Part shown: positions 55,740 through 60,361 of the stretch, in pieces
How the letters are laid out: every line of letters begins with the position of its first letter
Position numbering within the stretch: the stretch's first letter is position 1
Assembly: GCA_050230475.1 (NCBI GenBank)
Contig: JBFLGF010000174.1
Coordinates: 1-60,361 of the forward strand
Origin: Ancylonema sp.
Lineage: Eukaryota
Length of the DNA stretch: 60,361 nt
Direction: 5' to 3'
Notes under the pieces: model-generated
What the model was told of the DNA's origin: nothing
What the model saw: the letters and a program-made list of their open reading frames with translations, nothing else
Database searches by the model: none
Made by a program: the position numbers and the translations under genes

Positions 55740-56211
55740 GGATAAGGAGAGCATGTATCTATATCTATGCAAGAACTCATTTTCTTCGACATTGTGCGTA
55801 TCTCACTTCCATTGCTAGTGCTTGTATGTCGCAAAAATAGACTTTCACATGACGATCATTTGCTAGGAATCAAGCATAGGTGCATACGGTGTCGAATGTA
55901 GATGTGTCTATCTGGAGGAAATGCTCAACTCAAACCGAACGTGTTCGCTATCTCATCACACACGCAAATGGACACATGTACATCCACAATTATATGGTCA
56001 CAGCCGCAATTTTTAGAGCAGCAGTTTTTGTGCCACGAATCAACGCAACTTCTTAGTTCATGAATGAAAACGCTACAAAATTTGTTGTCATTCCAACATT
56101 TGAAAAATGGAAAAAATGGACAAGGAGAAAAAATTGGAGTGCAAAAAGTTGGATGCTAATGTGATGGCTAGATTTTCAAAATCGAAAACCGGAATTGGGA
56201 TAATGTCTCTG

Positions 56212-60060
<3,849 letters not shown>

Positions 60061-60361
60061 CTGGCACCCCTTCCCCATGACCCATCACTTTCCTACTAGA
60101 CACGTGCTGGAGATCCTTGACGCCCCTGTATGGATGTTTCGTATCGAAAATCGTGGACTCGACATTTCATATTTGTGTATCATGAAGACTTGAACAATGC
60201 CCTCTACAGATCCTGACACACAGATCGATTGCGATAGATTGGGAAAAAAATGAAAAGTGGGCAGAGTGGGCAGCACGAGTTTGACGACCAGAATTGCTTA
60301 TTCCTGGTCTGATACAGTGGCACGAGAAGCTGGAAAAGGGCACCCTGCGTACAGCATCGCA

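Noticed and set aside
55030..55840. Long YI/HI-rich ORFs on both strands (also 58672-58942)
   Set aside because: Translation artefacts of TA/CA microsatellites.

Overview
Eukaryotic, intron-rich genomic DNA from a green plant lineage. The mix of a plastid sigma factor, pheophytinase, BELL-type TALE homeobox, ACL5 and a Golgi-type carbohydrate sulfotransferase suggests a streptophyte alga (inference). Bases 1-15,075 are a nested pile of degenerate LTR retrotransposons: five Ty1/copia pieces, a Ty3/gypsy split in two, and a solo LTR with a target-site duplication (TSD). A pogo/Tigger-like deletion derivative and an unassigned coiled-coil ORF follow. The gene-rich part holds RPL10 (+), PPH (-), a 78-aa spliced BRAWNIN/DUF4516-like microprotein gene that the ORF track misses and that ends only 58 nt upstream of the first in-frame PPH ATG (-), a SIG2-like sigma factor (-) whose 5' part is duplicated across an N, a long BELL gene (-) missing one homeobox exon at a second N, a putative fucosyltransferase-like/sulfotransferase fusion gene (-), a putative thylakoid-lumen protein (+) and a 5'-truncated ACL5 (-). 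Best leads: the candidate BRAWNIN-PPH bicistron, the GT-like/sulfotransferase fusion and a Tf1-type self-priming signature in the gypsy element. Exon boundaries were read by eye from GT-AG sites and frame continuity, and no database search was run.
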